DNA from: Candidatus Micrarchaeia archaeon
Lineage (GTDB): Archaea; Micrarchaeota; Micrarchaeia; Anstonellales; Anstonellaceae
Length of the DNA stretch: 64,000 bases
NCBI GenBank assembly: GCA_041665945.1
Contig: JBAYHU010000004.1
Coordinates: 34,336 to 98,335 of the forward strand
Direction of reading: 5' to 3'
Part shown: positions 18,862-26,924 of the stretch, piece after piece
How positions within the stretch are numbered: the first letter of the stretch is position 1
Layout: each line of letters opens with the position of its first letter
Position numbers and translations under genes: made by a program
Notes under the pieces: model-generated
Told to the model about the DNA's origin: nothing
Seen by the model: the letters and a program-made list of their open reading frames with translations, nothing else
Database searches by the model: none

Positions 18862-18871
18862 AATATATATA
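18862..18871 (+). promoter_or_regulatory. TATA box upstream of tfe
   Basis: aatatatata ends about 22 nt before GTG 18893, consistent with a leaderless transcript. Confidence 0.4.
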
Positions 18872-18892
18872 CCCCTAGTCAGAATTTTTCTT

Positions 18893-19510
18893 GTGATTTT
18901 GGTGCCTAGCAAGAAGAGTTCCAAAAAACACGCCGTGGCGAGCCGGAAGGCGGCTGGAACTCAAAAGAAATCCTCCAAGCACTCTTATTCAAAACCAACC
19001 AGGCACCACTCTTCGAAATTCTCCAGGCACGCCACCGTGAAAAAGGCGGCGCCCCGCGTTCTCAAGCCAGACATCAACGTCAGGCGCAGCGCTTACTCCA
19101 AGATGGCGCGCCTTGCGGTCCTCGCAAGCGCAGATGCACGGCAGAAGCTCATTGAGGTCGGCGGTGAAAATACGATCGACCTTATCCGCGAATTCGACCG
19201 TGACATGTCCGATGAGGAGCTTGCGCGCAAGACCGGCGTCAAGACAAGCGACGTCCGCGTTGTTTTGAACAGGCTGCACAGCTGCGGGCTTTTCACATAC
19301 ACACGCGTGAGGGACCGCGACAGCGGCTGGTATTCTTACATTTGGAAGATGAGTGAGGAGCGGTTGAAGGAATTCGCGGATGGCGCAGGCCCGGGCGGGC
19401 TGAATATTGATGGTGGGGAAAGCGCGGTTGAGGGGGACAGCTACCTCCAAAAGAACCTCGTGGTCCCGGAAGAGCAGATGTATGACGCCGCGGTGCGCAG
19501 GAAGCGCTGA
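18893..19510 (+). CDS. tfe: transcription factor E (TFE alpha-like winged helix), with a basic N-terminal extension and no zinc ribbon
   Basis: Core GENTIDLIREFDRDMSDEELARKTGVKTSDVRVVLNRLHSCGLFTYTRVRDRDSGWYSYIW matches the TFE/TFIIE-alpha wHTH. GTG start at 18893; alternative ATG at 19103. Confidence 0.8.
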   Translation: MILVPSKKSSKKHAVASRKAAGTQKKSSKHSYSKPTRHHSSKFSRHATVKKAAPRVLKPDINVRRSAYSKMARLAVLASADARQKLIEVGGENTIDLIREFDRDMSDEELARKTGVKTSDVRVVLNRLHSCGLFTYTRVRDRDSGWYSYIWKMSEERLKEFADGAGPGGLNIDGGESAVEGDSYLQKNLVVPEEQMYDAAVRRKR

Positions 19511-19543
19511 GCCTGTTTTTTCGATTGCGGGCCGAGGCAAGCC

Positions 19544-19552
19544 TTTTAATTA
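19544..19552 (+). promoter_or_regulatory. TATA-like box for initiator tRNA
   Basis: ttttaatta ends 26 nt upstream of tRNA position 1. Confidence 0.4.
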
Positions 19553-19577
19553 CGTCTTCTTATATCCGAGATAGAAT

Positions 19578-19652
19578 AGCGGGATAGGGTAGTTTGGAGT
19601 GCCCGCTGGGCTCATAACCCAGAGATCAGTGGTTCAAATCCACTTCCCGCTA
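19578..19652 (+). tRNA. initiator tRNA-Met (anticodon CAT)
   Basis: Hand-folded cloverleaf: acceptor AGCGGGA/TCCCGCT (A1:U72), anticodon arm CTGGG-CTCATAA-CCCAG with three G:C pairs closing the loop, T arm GGTTCAAATCC. These are archaeal initiator hallmarks. Confidence 0.9.
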
Positions 19653-19724
19653 TGCTTTCTTTTTGATTTCCAGCGCAAGCCCGTTTTCCATGCCTCTTTT
19701 TTGTTTTTTCCACCAGCCGGAGAC

Positions 19725-19874
19725 CCCCTCACTTCCTCTAATATAATGACGTGTATGTATGTATTGTATATGTAACTATAGTTACATACATACTACAACA
19801 TTTTACCTTTTTTATCATTTAATCAGTCGAAAATCTGAACTTTCCTATCAATCTTATTATAGGAAGTATAGGGG
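19725..19874. repeat. AT-rich ~150-bp element bounded by imperfect ~19-bp inverted repeats (MITE-like or cruciform-like)
   Basis: Left arm CCCCTCACTTCCTCTAATA (19725-19743) pairs with right arm TATTATAGGAAGTATAGGGG (19855-19874) at 17 positions. The interior is strongly AT-rich in a GC-rich genome. Confidence 0.45.
19769..19788. repeat. perfect 20-bp palindrome TATGTAACTATAGTTACATA, preceded by (GTAT)n-like microsatellite
   Basis: Read directly from the sequence; the two 10-nt halves are exact reverse complements. Confidence 0.9.
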
Positions 19875-19971
19875 AGGGTAGGTGGCGGCAAAAAACAGGG
19901 GCAGGGCAGCCGGAAGCAGCTGACGCTTGGGAAAGAAAAACAACTGAAAAAGAGGAACTAAAAAGGAAAAA

Positions 19972-20244
19972 TCAGGCTTCAAGGCCGGCTGCGGACGTGG
20001 CGCCCTTTGTGACGACCACAACATCCTCAACCGACTTGACGCTCTTGTAGAGCACGGACTTGTCGCGCAGTATGCGCTTTGCCTCGTCCTTTGAAACCGA
20101 GTTCAAAGGCTCCATTGTGAGGCGGATGACCTCTCCCTTCTCCAAATCAAGAAGGATTTCCTGCACGCGCCCGAGGAACTTGCCGCCGTCGGTGTAGATG
20201 TCCATCCCGTAAATTTTCGAAACTTTTACCACCATTAACATCAC
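19972..20244 (-). CDS. PRC-barrel domain protein
   Basis: 90 aa; pattern GMDIYTDGGKFLGRVQEILLDLEKGEV is typical of archaeal PRC-barrel proteins. Confidence 0.6.
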   Translation of the reverse strand: MMLMVVKVSKIYGMDIYTDGGKFLGRVQEILLDLEKGEVIRLTMEPLNSVSKDEAKRILRDKSVLYKSVKSVEDVVVVTKGATSAAGLEA

Positions 20245-20307
20245 CTGGTTTGACGCCTTAAGCCCATCTTCTCGGTTCGAGTTTAAAATACTTTCCGGTT
20301 TTTCGTC

Positions 20308-21300
20308 TCATTTTTCTCTCATAACCATGTACTCTGCAAGCTCGCCCAAAAGCTCCCGCGCGCTGTTTTTCGGAAGCGAGCCCAGGTTGCCCATCGCGCC
20401 CTTGATTATTCCATTGGCGGTCGCAGTCGCGCTTTCAACCGCGCCGGATTCCTTGAGAAGCGCGACAACGGTTGCGACGTCCTTTGCGGTTTTTTTCTCC
20501 TTCTTCAGAAGCGAATCGAGCTTCGCGCTTTTCTGCGCGGGAAGCATCTCCTTGGCGCGGATTGTCATGAGCGTCCGCTTTCCTTCGTAAACATCTCCGC
20601 CGATTTCCTTACCGTATTTTTCGACGTCGCCCGCGATGTTTAAGGCATCATCTATTATCTGGAAGCCGACGCCGATTCCCATCCCAAACTCATGCATTTT
20701 TGCGCACGTGCGCTCGTCAGCCCCGCCCAGAAGCGCGCCGACTTCGCACGCGCCGGCAATCAGCGCGCCGGTCTTGCCGCCCACGACCTGCCGGTATTCT
20801 TCCTCGCCAACATCCCACTTCTTTGCGTGGTACCAGCCAAGCTCGATTGCCTGCCCCTCAAGGACGCTTGTGAACGCAGACAGGAGCTTTGCCTGCGCAG
20901 CCTCCCTTCTCTGCCCCGGGATGCGCATGGTTTCGCGCCAGACCATCATGAACAGCCCGTCGCCCGCATTCAGGGCAAGGGGCAAGCCGTACTTGACGTG
21001 CATGCAGGGGTGCCCCCTGCGCATTTTCGAGTCGTCCTCTATGTCGTCATGGATAAGCGTGAAGTTGTGGAACATTTCTATTGCGACGGCAGCCGGCACG
21101 GCGTCCGCCTCCTTCCCGCCGACGCCGGCGCAGGACGCGAGGCACAGCGCAGGGCGGAGGAGCTTCCCTTCGGAGGACAAGAATTCGGACAAAAGCCCGT
21201 AGACTTCCCACGGCTTTCCCTTGCCGTCAAAATTGGCGGACAGCCTCTCCCGCACCGGGCGGTTCAGGGCAATCAGCCGGGTTTCCAAAGACTCCTGCAT
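20308..21300 (-). CDS. idsA: geranylgeranyl diphosphate synthase (trans-polyprenyl synthetase)
   Basis: First DDxxD motif LIHDDIEDD and second motif FQIIDDALN; 330 aa. Confidence 0.9.
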   Translation of the reverse strand: MQESLETRLIALNRPVRERLSANFDGKGKPWEVYGLLSEFLSSEGKLLRPALCLASCAGVGGKEADAVPAAVAIEMFHNFTLIHDDIEDDSKMRRGHPCMHVKYGLPLALNAGDGLFMMVWRETMRIPGQRREAAQAKLLSAFTSVLEGQAIELGWYHAKKWDVGEEEYRQVVGGKTGALIAGACEVGALLGGADERTCAKMHEFGMGIGVGFQIIDDALNIAGDVEKYGKEIGGDVYEGKRTLMTIRAKEMLPAQKSAKLDSLLKKEKKTAKDVATVVALLKESGAVESATATANGIIKGAMGNLGSLPKNSARELLGELAEYMVMREK

Positions 21301-21392
21301 GGATACAACTCCGTCTTCTTTTCAGGTTCTGGCGGCGGGCTTTTACTTCGTGGGGCCTGAGCCTCACGTCTAAAAAAGCACGAAGAGTGCTT

Positions 21393-21400
21393 TTTTATAT
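21393..21400 (+). promoter_or_regulatory. TATA-like box for tRNA-Lys
   Basis: ttttatat ends 26 nt upstream of tRNA position 1, the same spacing as at the initiator tRNA. Confidence 0.4.
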
Positions 21401-21425
21401 CCTTCCATTTCAAATACGCCTGCGT

Positions 21426-21518
21426 GGGCCCATAGCTCAGCTTGGTAGAGCAGTGGACTCTTAATGTCCGAACACGGGAGCAATCCACGTGTCGTGGGTT
21501 CGAATCCCACTGGGCCCG
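21426..21518 (+). tRNA. tRNA-Lys (anticodon CTT) with a 19-nt intron at the canonical 37/38 position
   Basis: Acceptor GGGCCCA/TGGGCCC, D arm GCTC..GAGC, anticodon stem GTGGA/TCCAC, loop CTCTTA|intron|A, T arm GTGGGTTCGAATCCCAC. Confidence 0.9.
21464..21482 (+). other. tRNA intron within a bulge-helix-bulge motif
   Basis: Central 4-bp helix CTCT(21458-61)/GGAG(21477-80, one G:U) flanked by 3-nt bulges TAA (21462-64) and CAA (21481-83). Splice sites are ambiguous by 1 nt because of A repeats. Confidence 0.75.
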
Positions 21519-21528
21519 CTTCCTTCTC

Positions 21529-23091
21529 CTAACCAAGCGTCGAGTTCGTGGCGTTGGCCTCCTCGACTTTCTTGTTTATGTACTCATTGAGGAACGCCTC
21601 ATCAATATCACTCACGCACTTGTAATATGTCTCGTTTTTTTGATAAGCGCAAAACCCGTTGCTGCAGCCGCATGGAAGGTTCGAGAAGCACGCGAGGTAT
21701 GGGTTGCTTTCATTCGTGAACTGCGGGGTGCTGTTCTTCGGGGCGCAAACCGCGCCTGCGAAAACCGAGCAGTTGCTGTCTGTCACACAGTTCTTCCTTG
21801 CCGAAAGCTCGTTTGCCTTCCGCTCCGCATCCTCCACCTTTTTCTTGCCTTCAGCAGCCGCGAGCGCGCACTGCCCGGACAGGCTTTCGTTCGTCAGCTT
21901 CTTGCAAAGCTCGGCATTGCCGTTCTCGCCAACTATGGCGATGTAGCAGTCGTCCGCGCTCTCATTGAGATGCTCGCAAAGCGCGTGGTTCTTTGTGTTC
22001 TGGGCGACAATCATGGTGCAGCTCACGTATCCGACCTTGTCGGAAATGCGCTTGCAGAGCTCCCAATCGCTCTTCTCCACACCCATTGCCTTGTAGCACG
22101 CGTCCACATCCGCCTGCGTGGGCTGCGCCTTGCAGGTTTCCTTGGTCAAAAAGTCGTCCTGCGAGTCCGAGTAGAACTTCACGAAGGACGAGGAGTCCCC
22201 CACTTCAGCAGGCGGCAGCGGCGGCTCTCCCGCAACAAGCGACAGCGCGCTGTATTCCGTGGAATATGCACCCACAACGCTTCCGTTGAGCATCTGCGTC
22301 GAGTCGCTCTTCACCATCATCCCAGTAACCGTGTCTATCCAGTAGGTCACCTTCGCAGTCACAAGCACGCCCTGGTCGGTTGGGGAAAGCCCCAAATCAA
22401 CAAGCTCCTTTACCGACAGGTGCTGCAGGTCGAAAGTGTATGAGATTTTCTTGGTGTCGAAGTTTCCGACTTTCTCGTCAACAGCCGGGCCGGTTATTCT
22501 CACCGCGCCGATGCCGATGAGCTTCCTCATGCCCTCTCCCTGCTCGAGGTTCATCTGCCTGTCGCCGAGCTTGACGGACTTGATGTCCGTCGCCACCTTT
22601 ATGGTCCCGTTGTTCAGAAGTTTGGCGCAGCGCGTCGCGTTCCCGTAGGTGAGGCAAACAACGTCCGTGTGGTTGCTATCATTCTCGCCCGTGAAGAATC
22701 CCTCCCTTGGCGCGAAGACGTCCTCAAGCCGTATCCAGAGTCGATCTCCCTTCCTAATTTCGCTTATTTCATAGGGCAGCCCGTTTCTCAGCTGGGAGAA
22801 TGTCACGTTGTAATCAGTAATGGCTGCTGTCTTGTTGAAGGATGCCAAAAACAGCTGCGCCTCGGTGCTGTTGAGCCCGTAGGTGGTGTTCTTAACCAGC
22901 GGCACGGGAGGGTTCCCCCATATACCTGCCCCGTAAAAAGCGTAAATTGCCGCTGCGATGACGATTATTGCCAGCGCGCCCGCAACGAGCTTCATGTCAA
23001 ACCCGCCTTTCTTTTCAGCGGTTTTCGTTCCTGTGTTGCTCTCTTCAGCCATTCTTCCACCTCTACTGCTGGATAAATGCGATTTTTTCAC
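21529..23091 (-). CDS. membrane-anchored extracytoplasmic protein with a Cys-rich C-terminal region; function unknown
   Basis: 520 aa; single N-terminal TM (LVAGALAIIVIAAAIYAFYG); C-terminal third has about 20 Cys in recurring C-x-K/C-x-x-L patterns. Start uncertain. Confidence 0.6.
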   Translation of the reverse strand: MKKSHLSSSRGGRMAEESNTGTKTAEKKGGFDMKLVAGALAIIVIAAAIYAFYGAGIWGNPPVPLVKNTTYGLNSTEAQLFLASFNKTAAITDYNVTFSQLRNGLPYEISEIRKGDRLWIRLEDVFAPREGFFTGENDSNHTDVVCLTYGNATRCAKLLNNGTIKVATDIKSVKLGDRQMNLEQGEGMRKLIGIGAVRITGPAVDEKVGNFDTKKISYTFDLQHLSVKELVDLGLSPTDQGVLVTAKVTYWIDTVTGMMVKSDSTQMLNGSVVGAYSTEYSALSLVAGEPPLPPAEVGDSSSFVKFYSDSQDDFLTKETCKAQPTQADVDACYKAMGVEKSDWELCKRISDKVGYVSCTMIVAQNTKNHALCEHLNESADDCYIAIVGENGNAELCKKLTNESLSGQCALAAAEGKKKVEDAERKANELSARKNCVTDSNCSVFAGAVCAPKNSTPQFTNESNPYLACFSNLPCGCSNGFCAYQKNETYYKCVSDIDEAFLNEYINKKVEEANATNSTLG

Positions 23092-24248
23092 CTTGATGCG
23101 GAGATTTTAATAACATCTCGGTCGGCAAGCGCGTGTTCCGCGCCAACGCGCATCCTCCTTCTCACGTCAACCGCGCCCACGAACTTGTTTGCAAGGTCGG
23201 TATGCACCTTTGCCGCGAGCTGCAGCGCGGTGGTTCCCTGCGGCACAAGCAGCGCGTCCGGCAGGACCTCTCCCTTGTGGTTCGACAGCCGATGCTCGTC
23301 CTCCACAGGGTAAACGATGATGCCCTTCAGCTTCCTGTAAACAACCCAGTCGATTATTTCCTGCACACCGCTTCCGTTGTTCTGTGCGAGTATGGCGTGC
23401 ATCTTGGCAAGCCCTTCCTGCTGCTTGGCGTCCGGCGTGCCGACGACCTCGAAATCCTTCGCTCCCGGCGCGTAGCGGATTATCCCATGCTCGGACGCCT
23501 TGCGAAGCGCGAGCTCAACCGCCGCGCTGCAGGCGAAAATCCCCTCCGAATTGGCTTGCTTTGCTTTCTCAAAATTCTCCCTTGCCCCTGCGACGTCAAT
23601 CTTGTTGTAGGCGATTGCAACTGGCATGCGTCTGTCCACAATTTCCCTTGCCAGCCGCGCAATCCCCTCCTCATCGGGCAGTCCGTCCATTATATTGAGC
23701 CCGCACGCGCTTGCCGCGGAAAGAAGCATCTGCTCGCTTATTTTCAATCCAGATAGCGAAGTGGCAATCTCCTTTATTCCATGCTGCGCCTTGCTCTCCT
23801 TTCTTGCCATTATGCCTGCAAGCCACATGGCAATCTCATTTTTCAGGAATTCCGCCTCTTCCCACGGGGCTGAAAAGTCGCATGCGTTCCCGTGCAAATC
23901 GGTTTTCCCGCTCGCATCCACAATCTGTATGAGTGCATCAGCTTCCCGCACGCTGTCGAGGAACTTGTTTCCCAGTCCCTTTCCCTTGTAGGCATCAGGC
24001 ACAAGCCCGGGAACGTCGATTATATTGACGGGGACGAGCCGCACGCCCTCCACACACCTGCTGTTTTTCGGGTCGCATTTCGGCAAACCCATTTCCTTGT
24101 GCGGGCAGGGCGAGCGGACATACGTGACGCCCCTGTTCGGCGTTATCGTGGTGAACGGATAGTTCGCAATCTGGGCATCCACCATAGTGGCTGCGGAAAA
24201 GAAAGTGCTCTTGCCCTTGTTGGGCGCTCCCACGACGCCGATAAGCAT
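23088..24248 (-). CDS. ychF: Obg-like ATPase/GTPase of the YchF/OLA1 type with TGS-like C-terminus
   Basis: G1 VGAPNKGKSTFF, YPFTTI, DVPGLV; 386 aa; 4-nt ATGA overlap with the downstream CDS. Confidence 0.85.
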   Translation of the reverse strand: MLIGVVGAPNKGKSTFFSAATMVDAQIANYPFTTITPNRGVTYVRSPCPHKEMGLPKCDPKNSRCVEGVRLVPVNIIDVPGLVPDAYKGKGLGNKFLDSVREADALIQIVDASGKTDLHGNACDFSAPWEEAEFLKNEIAMWLAGIMARKESKAQHGIKEIATSLSGLKISEQMLLSAASACGLNIMDGLPDEEGIARLAREIVDRRMPVAIAYNKIDVAGARENFEKAKQANSEGIFACSAAVELALRKASEHGIIRYAPGAKDFEVVGTPDAKQQEGLAKMHAILAQNNGSGVQEIIDWVVYRKLKGIIVYPVEDEHRLSNHKGEVLPDALLVPQGTTALQLAAKVHTDLANKFVGAVDVRRRMRVGAEHALADRDVIKISASR

Positions 24249-24345
24249 GGTAAAAAAAGGGCGTTACCAGTTTAAAAGGGGTGCGAATACGTTCGGCTTG
24301 CGCCGGAGCAACACCCTCTTAAACCCCAATAGCACAATTTTTACG

Positions 24346-25551
24346 ATGCACTTTTCAAGCCAAAAACCCCGCCTTGTAGGCATGCTTGTGGGCAATCCAA
24401 CGGCGTTTGGCAAAGCGCGGGAATGGGCGAAACTCTGGGTTGCTGGCACGCCCCAAAAGCCGCTTCTTGTGCACGGCCCCACGGGCGTTGGCAAGACCGC
24501 GCTTGCGCACGCGGTTGCAGCGGAATTCAGCTGGGATATCTTCGAATTCAACGCGTCCGACCTGCGCGACGAGGAAAGCGTCAGCTCGCTTCTTGCGAAC
24601 GCCACACAATCCTCCTCGCTTTTCGGCGGCTTGCGCCTCATTCTTGTAGATGATGCGGACTCTCTTTCAGGCAGGATGGACCGGGGTGGCATGGGGGCCA
24701 TTTCCAAAGTATTGCAAGCAGCCCGCCAGCCGGTCATTGTCACAGCCACGGATTATTGGGGCAAGCAAATACAGCCCATCCGCGCGCACTGCGAACCATT
24801 GGAACTCCGCCGCGTGCAGGCAGGAACGATTGCAAATCTTCTCAAGAAGCTGGCAGCCAGCGAAAAACTCGCGCTCACGCCAGAGCAGATAGAGAAAATC
24901 GCGCAGGCAGCCGGTGGGGACGTGAGAGCCGCGCTCAACGACTTGCAGGGCGGCAACACGGCAGCCACCCGCGACTCGGAAAAGGGGATATTCGAAGTCG
25001 TCCGCACGATTTTCAAGTCCGAAAAATATGCGGAATCCCGCGCAGCGGCGTTCTCATCTGAAACCGAGCGCGACATGCTCAAATGGTGGATTTCCTCCAA
25101 CCTTCCGCTGGAATACGACCGCCCGTTCGACCTTGCTGAGGCTTACAACTCCCTTTCCCGCGCGGATGTTTTCGACGGCAGGATAACACGTACGCAATAC
25201 TGGGGCTATCTCCGCTATTCGACAGACCACCTTTCAGCAGGCGTTTCGACTTCGAAGACGGCGCCATATCACAAATACACACAGCTCGCCTTCCCGGATT
25301 ACATCCGACAGATGGGCTCAAGCAAATCCGGAAGGCAGGGGCGAAAGGCGGTGCTGAAAAAAATATCGCAGGTGTGCCACTGCTCACTTTCGCAGGCAGC
25401 AACATATCTCCCTCAAATAGAGATTGTCGCCAAAAAAACACCTGAAGAACTCTCGCAATTCGGATTTGACGAGGACGATTTGGAGTTCCTATCCTCAAAA
25501 TCAAAAGCAAAGGCAAAAAAGCCATCCGCAAAAAAAGCGGCAAAGCAATAA
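24346..25551 (+). CDS. rfcL: replication factor C large subunit-like AAA+ protein (short N-terminus, Lys-rich tail)
   Basis: Walker A HGPTGVGKTALAHAVA, Walker B LILVDDADSL, sensor region VIVTATDYW, RFC-like lid/collar blocks. Internal ATG chosen because the upstream ORF part overlaps ychF. Confidence 0.7.
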   Translation: MHFSSQKPRLVGMLVGNPTAFGKAREWAKLWVAGTPQKPLLVHGPTGVGKTALAHAVAAEFSWDIFEFNASDLRDEESVSSLLANATQSSSLFGGLRLILVDDADSLSGRMDRGGMGAISKVLQAARQPVIVTATDYWGKQIQPIRAHCEPLELRRVQAGTIANLLKKLAASEKLALTPEQIEKIAQAAGGDVRAALNDLQGGNTAATRDSEKGIFEVVRTIFKSEKYAESRAAAFSSETERDMLKWWISSNLPLEYDRPFDLAEAYNSLSRADVFDGRITRTQYWGYLRYSTDHLSAGVSTSKTAPYHKYTQLAFPDYIRQMGSSKSGRQGRKAVLKKISQVCHCSLSQAATYLPQIEIVAKKTPEELSQFGFDEDDLEFLSSKSKAKAKKPSAKKAAKQ

Positions 25552-26060
25552 TGGGTGAAAACATGTTCAAGCTTGGCAAGGAAGAAAAGTTTCTTTACAG
25601 TGAAAATGATGAAAAGAAGCGCGCAGCTTTCGTGCTTGCGGGCTTTGGCACCAAATCCGGCGAAGAAACGCTTTTCCATCCCCTCGAAGCAGCGTATCTC
25701 GTGTCCCTCGGAAAATCCGAGTTCGACGGGCTTTCGCTTGAAAAGTTCATAATCGCGCAAAAGAAGGAGGACAAGCTCTTCCAATTCGCATTCGCGGTAT
25801 TTTCGCGCGTGCGCGGGACAGGCAGGGCAGTCCGCCCGTACGCAAAGGAAACGCACTACTTCCGCGTCTATGCTCCGGGCGTTGGCAGGGAGGAGGAGCG
25901 CCCCTCGCAGATGGTCTGCCTGCTGCCGGGCAAGGAGCCGTCCGTGGCATCCATTGCGGACGAGGTGAAAACCGCGCATCTTGCGCGCCTCGACCTCATA
26001 ATTGCCAGTGGAAATGAGAAGGAAATCAAGTTCTACAAGGTTTCAGCCTTCAATTTCTAG
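25551..26060 (+). CDS. tRNA-splicing endonuclease (EndA) paralog lacking the catalytic His and Lys
   Basis: 169 aa. Aligns by eye over its full length to M. jannaschii-type EndA (LEAAYLVSLG; FRVYAPG keeps the Tyr). EHSxYLV is replaced by RPSQMVC, and AHSVRKK by AHLARLD. TAATG overlap with the rfcL stop. Confidence 0.65.
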   Translation: MGENMFKLGKEEKFLYSENDEKKRAAFVLAGFGTKSGEETLFHPLEAAYLVSLGKSEFDGLSLEKFIIAQKKEDKLFQFAFAVFSRVRGTGRAVRPYAKETHYFRVYAPGVGREEERPSQMVCLLPGKEPSVASIADEVKTAHLARLDLIIASGNEKEIKFYKVSAFNF

Positions 26061-26120
26061 GTGCCGGGCAGCTTTTTAAATTGTGTGGTCACAAATCAAT
26101 AATTGTGAGGTGTATTCAGA

Positions 26121-26816
26121 ATGAAAGCCAATAAGTTTGTTACGACCATTGCCACGATAGCATTCCTCAATTCATCCATCCCGGCAGTTCCGCTGCACGT
26201 ATTCGCTTCGAAACTGCTGCAGCCCGGCAAGCACTCGCTCATGCAGGATGCGCCGCAAAAGAAAGCTGCAAAACCGCGGCAGGATGGCGAGAATAAGAAA
26301 CAGGCGGAGCCCGCGCCCTTCAAGAATCTCAAGCAAACAGTCGCCAAAGCGAAACTCTCAAATGGGGATTGGGCGGTCATCACCACGACCCGCGCGGCTG
26401 CGAATTCCTGGCTGGTCCAGAACAAAAACAGGTTCTTCAACTGGAAAAACACCGAGCTTCTCCCCTGCAACCCTCTTCCCACCATCGTGGTTGGGCAGTA
26501 TTGGGGGGTTGATGAGGGCAGGCAGTCGATATATTTCGGCGGCTGGCTGAACATGCCGAAAAAAAGCCTCGGCGAGGATTTCTTTTCGAACAACGACCTT
26601 TCCGCGGCTGAGATAACCTCCATCAAGAAAATATCGAACGGCGACGTCTGCTCGGTATATTACCTCGACCGCAGCGGGAGGAATTCCGTCAATGTGCGCA
26701 GCGGGAGCGTCAGTTTCGGCTATTGGCAGGGTTATGCGAGCATAATCGTCAAAGACCCGAGTTTCGGCACCACGGGCATCGCCCTCAACGACATTCTCTA
26801 CCTGGAGAAGAATTGA
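26121..26816 (+). CDS. secreted hypothetical protein
   Basis: N-terminal signal-like segment MKANKFVTTIATIAFLNSSIPAVPLHVFA; 231 aa; no family recognised. Confidence 0.55.
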   Translation: MKANKFVTTIATIAFLNSSIPAVPLHVFASKLLQPGKHSLMQDAPQKKAAKPRQDGENKKQAEPAPFKNLKQTVAKAKLSNGDWAVITTTRAAANSWLVQNKNRFFNWKNTELLPCNPLPTIVVGQYWGVDEGRQSIYFGGWLNMPKKSLGEDFFSNNDLSAAEITSIKKISNGDVCSVYYLDRSGRNSVNVRSGSVSFGYWQGYASIIVKDPSFGTTGIALNDILYLEKN

Positions 26817-26924
26817 GTGCGGGTTCCGGCATTCGATTACTGATGCGCAGATACGCCGGCACGCCCGCACAATTCCTGATTCCGCTGGCGGCTGCTTTAT
26901 ATTTTCCAGCAGAGTTTCCCTCGC

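Noticed and set aside
19729-19740. CACTTCCTCTA resembling the 3' end of the adjacent initiator tRNA (CACTTCCCGCTA), a possible attR-like partial copy
   Set aside because: The match is only about 10 of 12 nt and lies 80 bp from the tRNA, so no element could sit between the copies. It also forms part of the inverted-repeat arm described separately.
19869-19886. G-rich run GGGGAGGGTAGGTGG as a potential G-quadruplex
   Set aside because: Only two tracts have three or more Gs, and the run doubles as the right arm of the inverted repeat. It is too weak to call.
21442-22443. 333-aa plus-strand ORF beginning inside tRNA-Lys
   Set aside because: It overlaps a well-folded tRNA and is antisense to the 520-aa membrane-anchored protein. 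Its composition is Arg/Leu/Val-rich and shadow-like.
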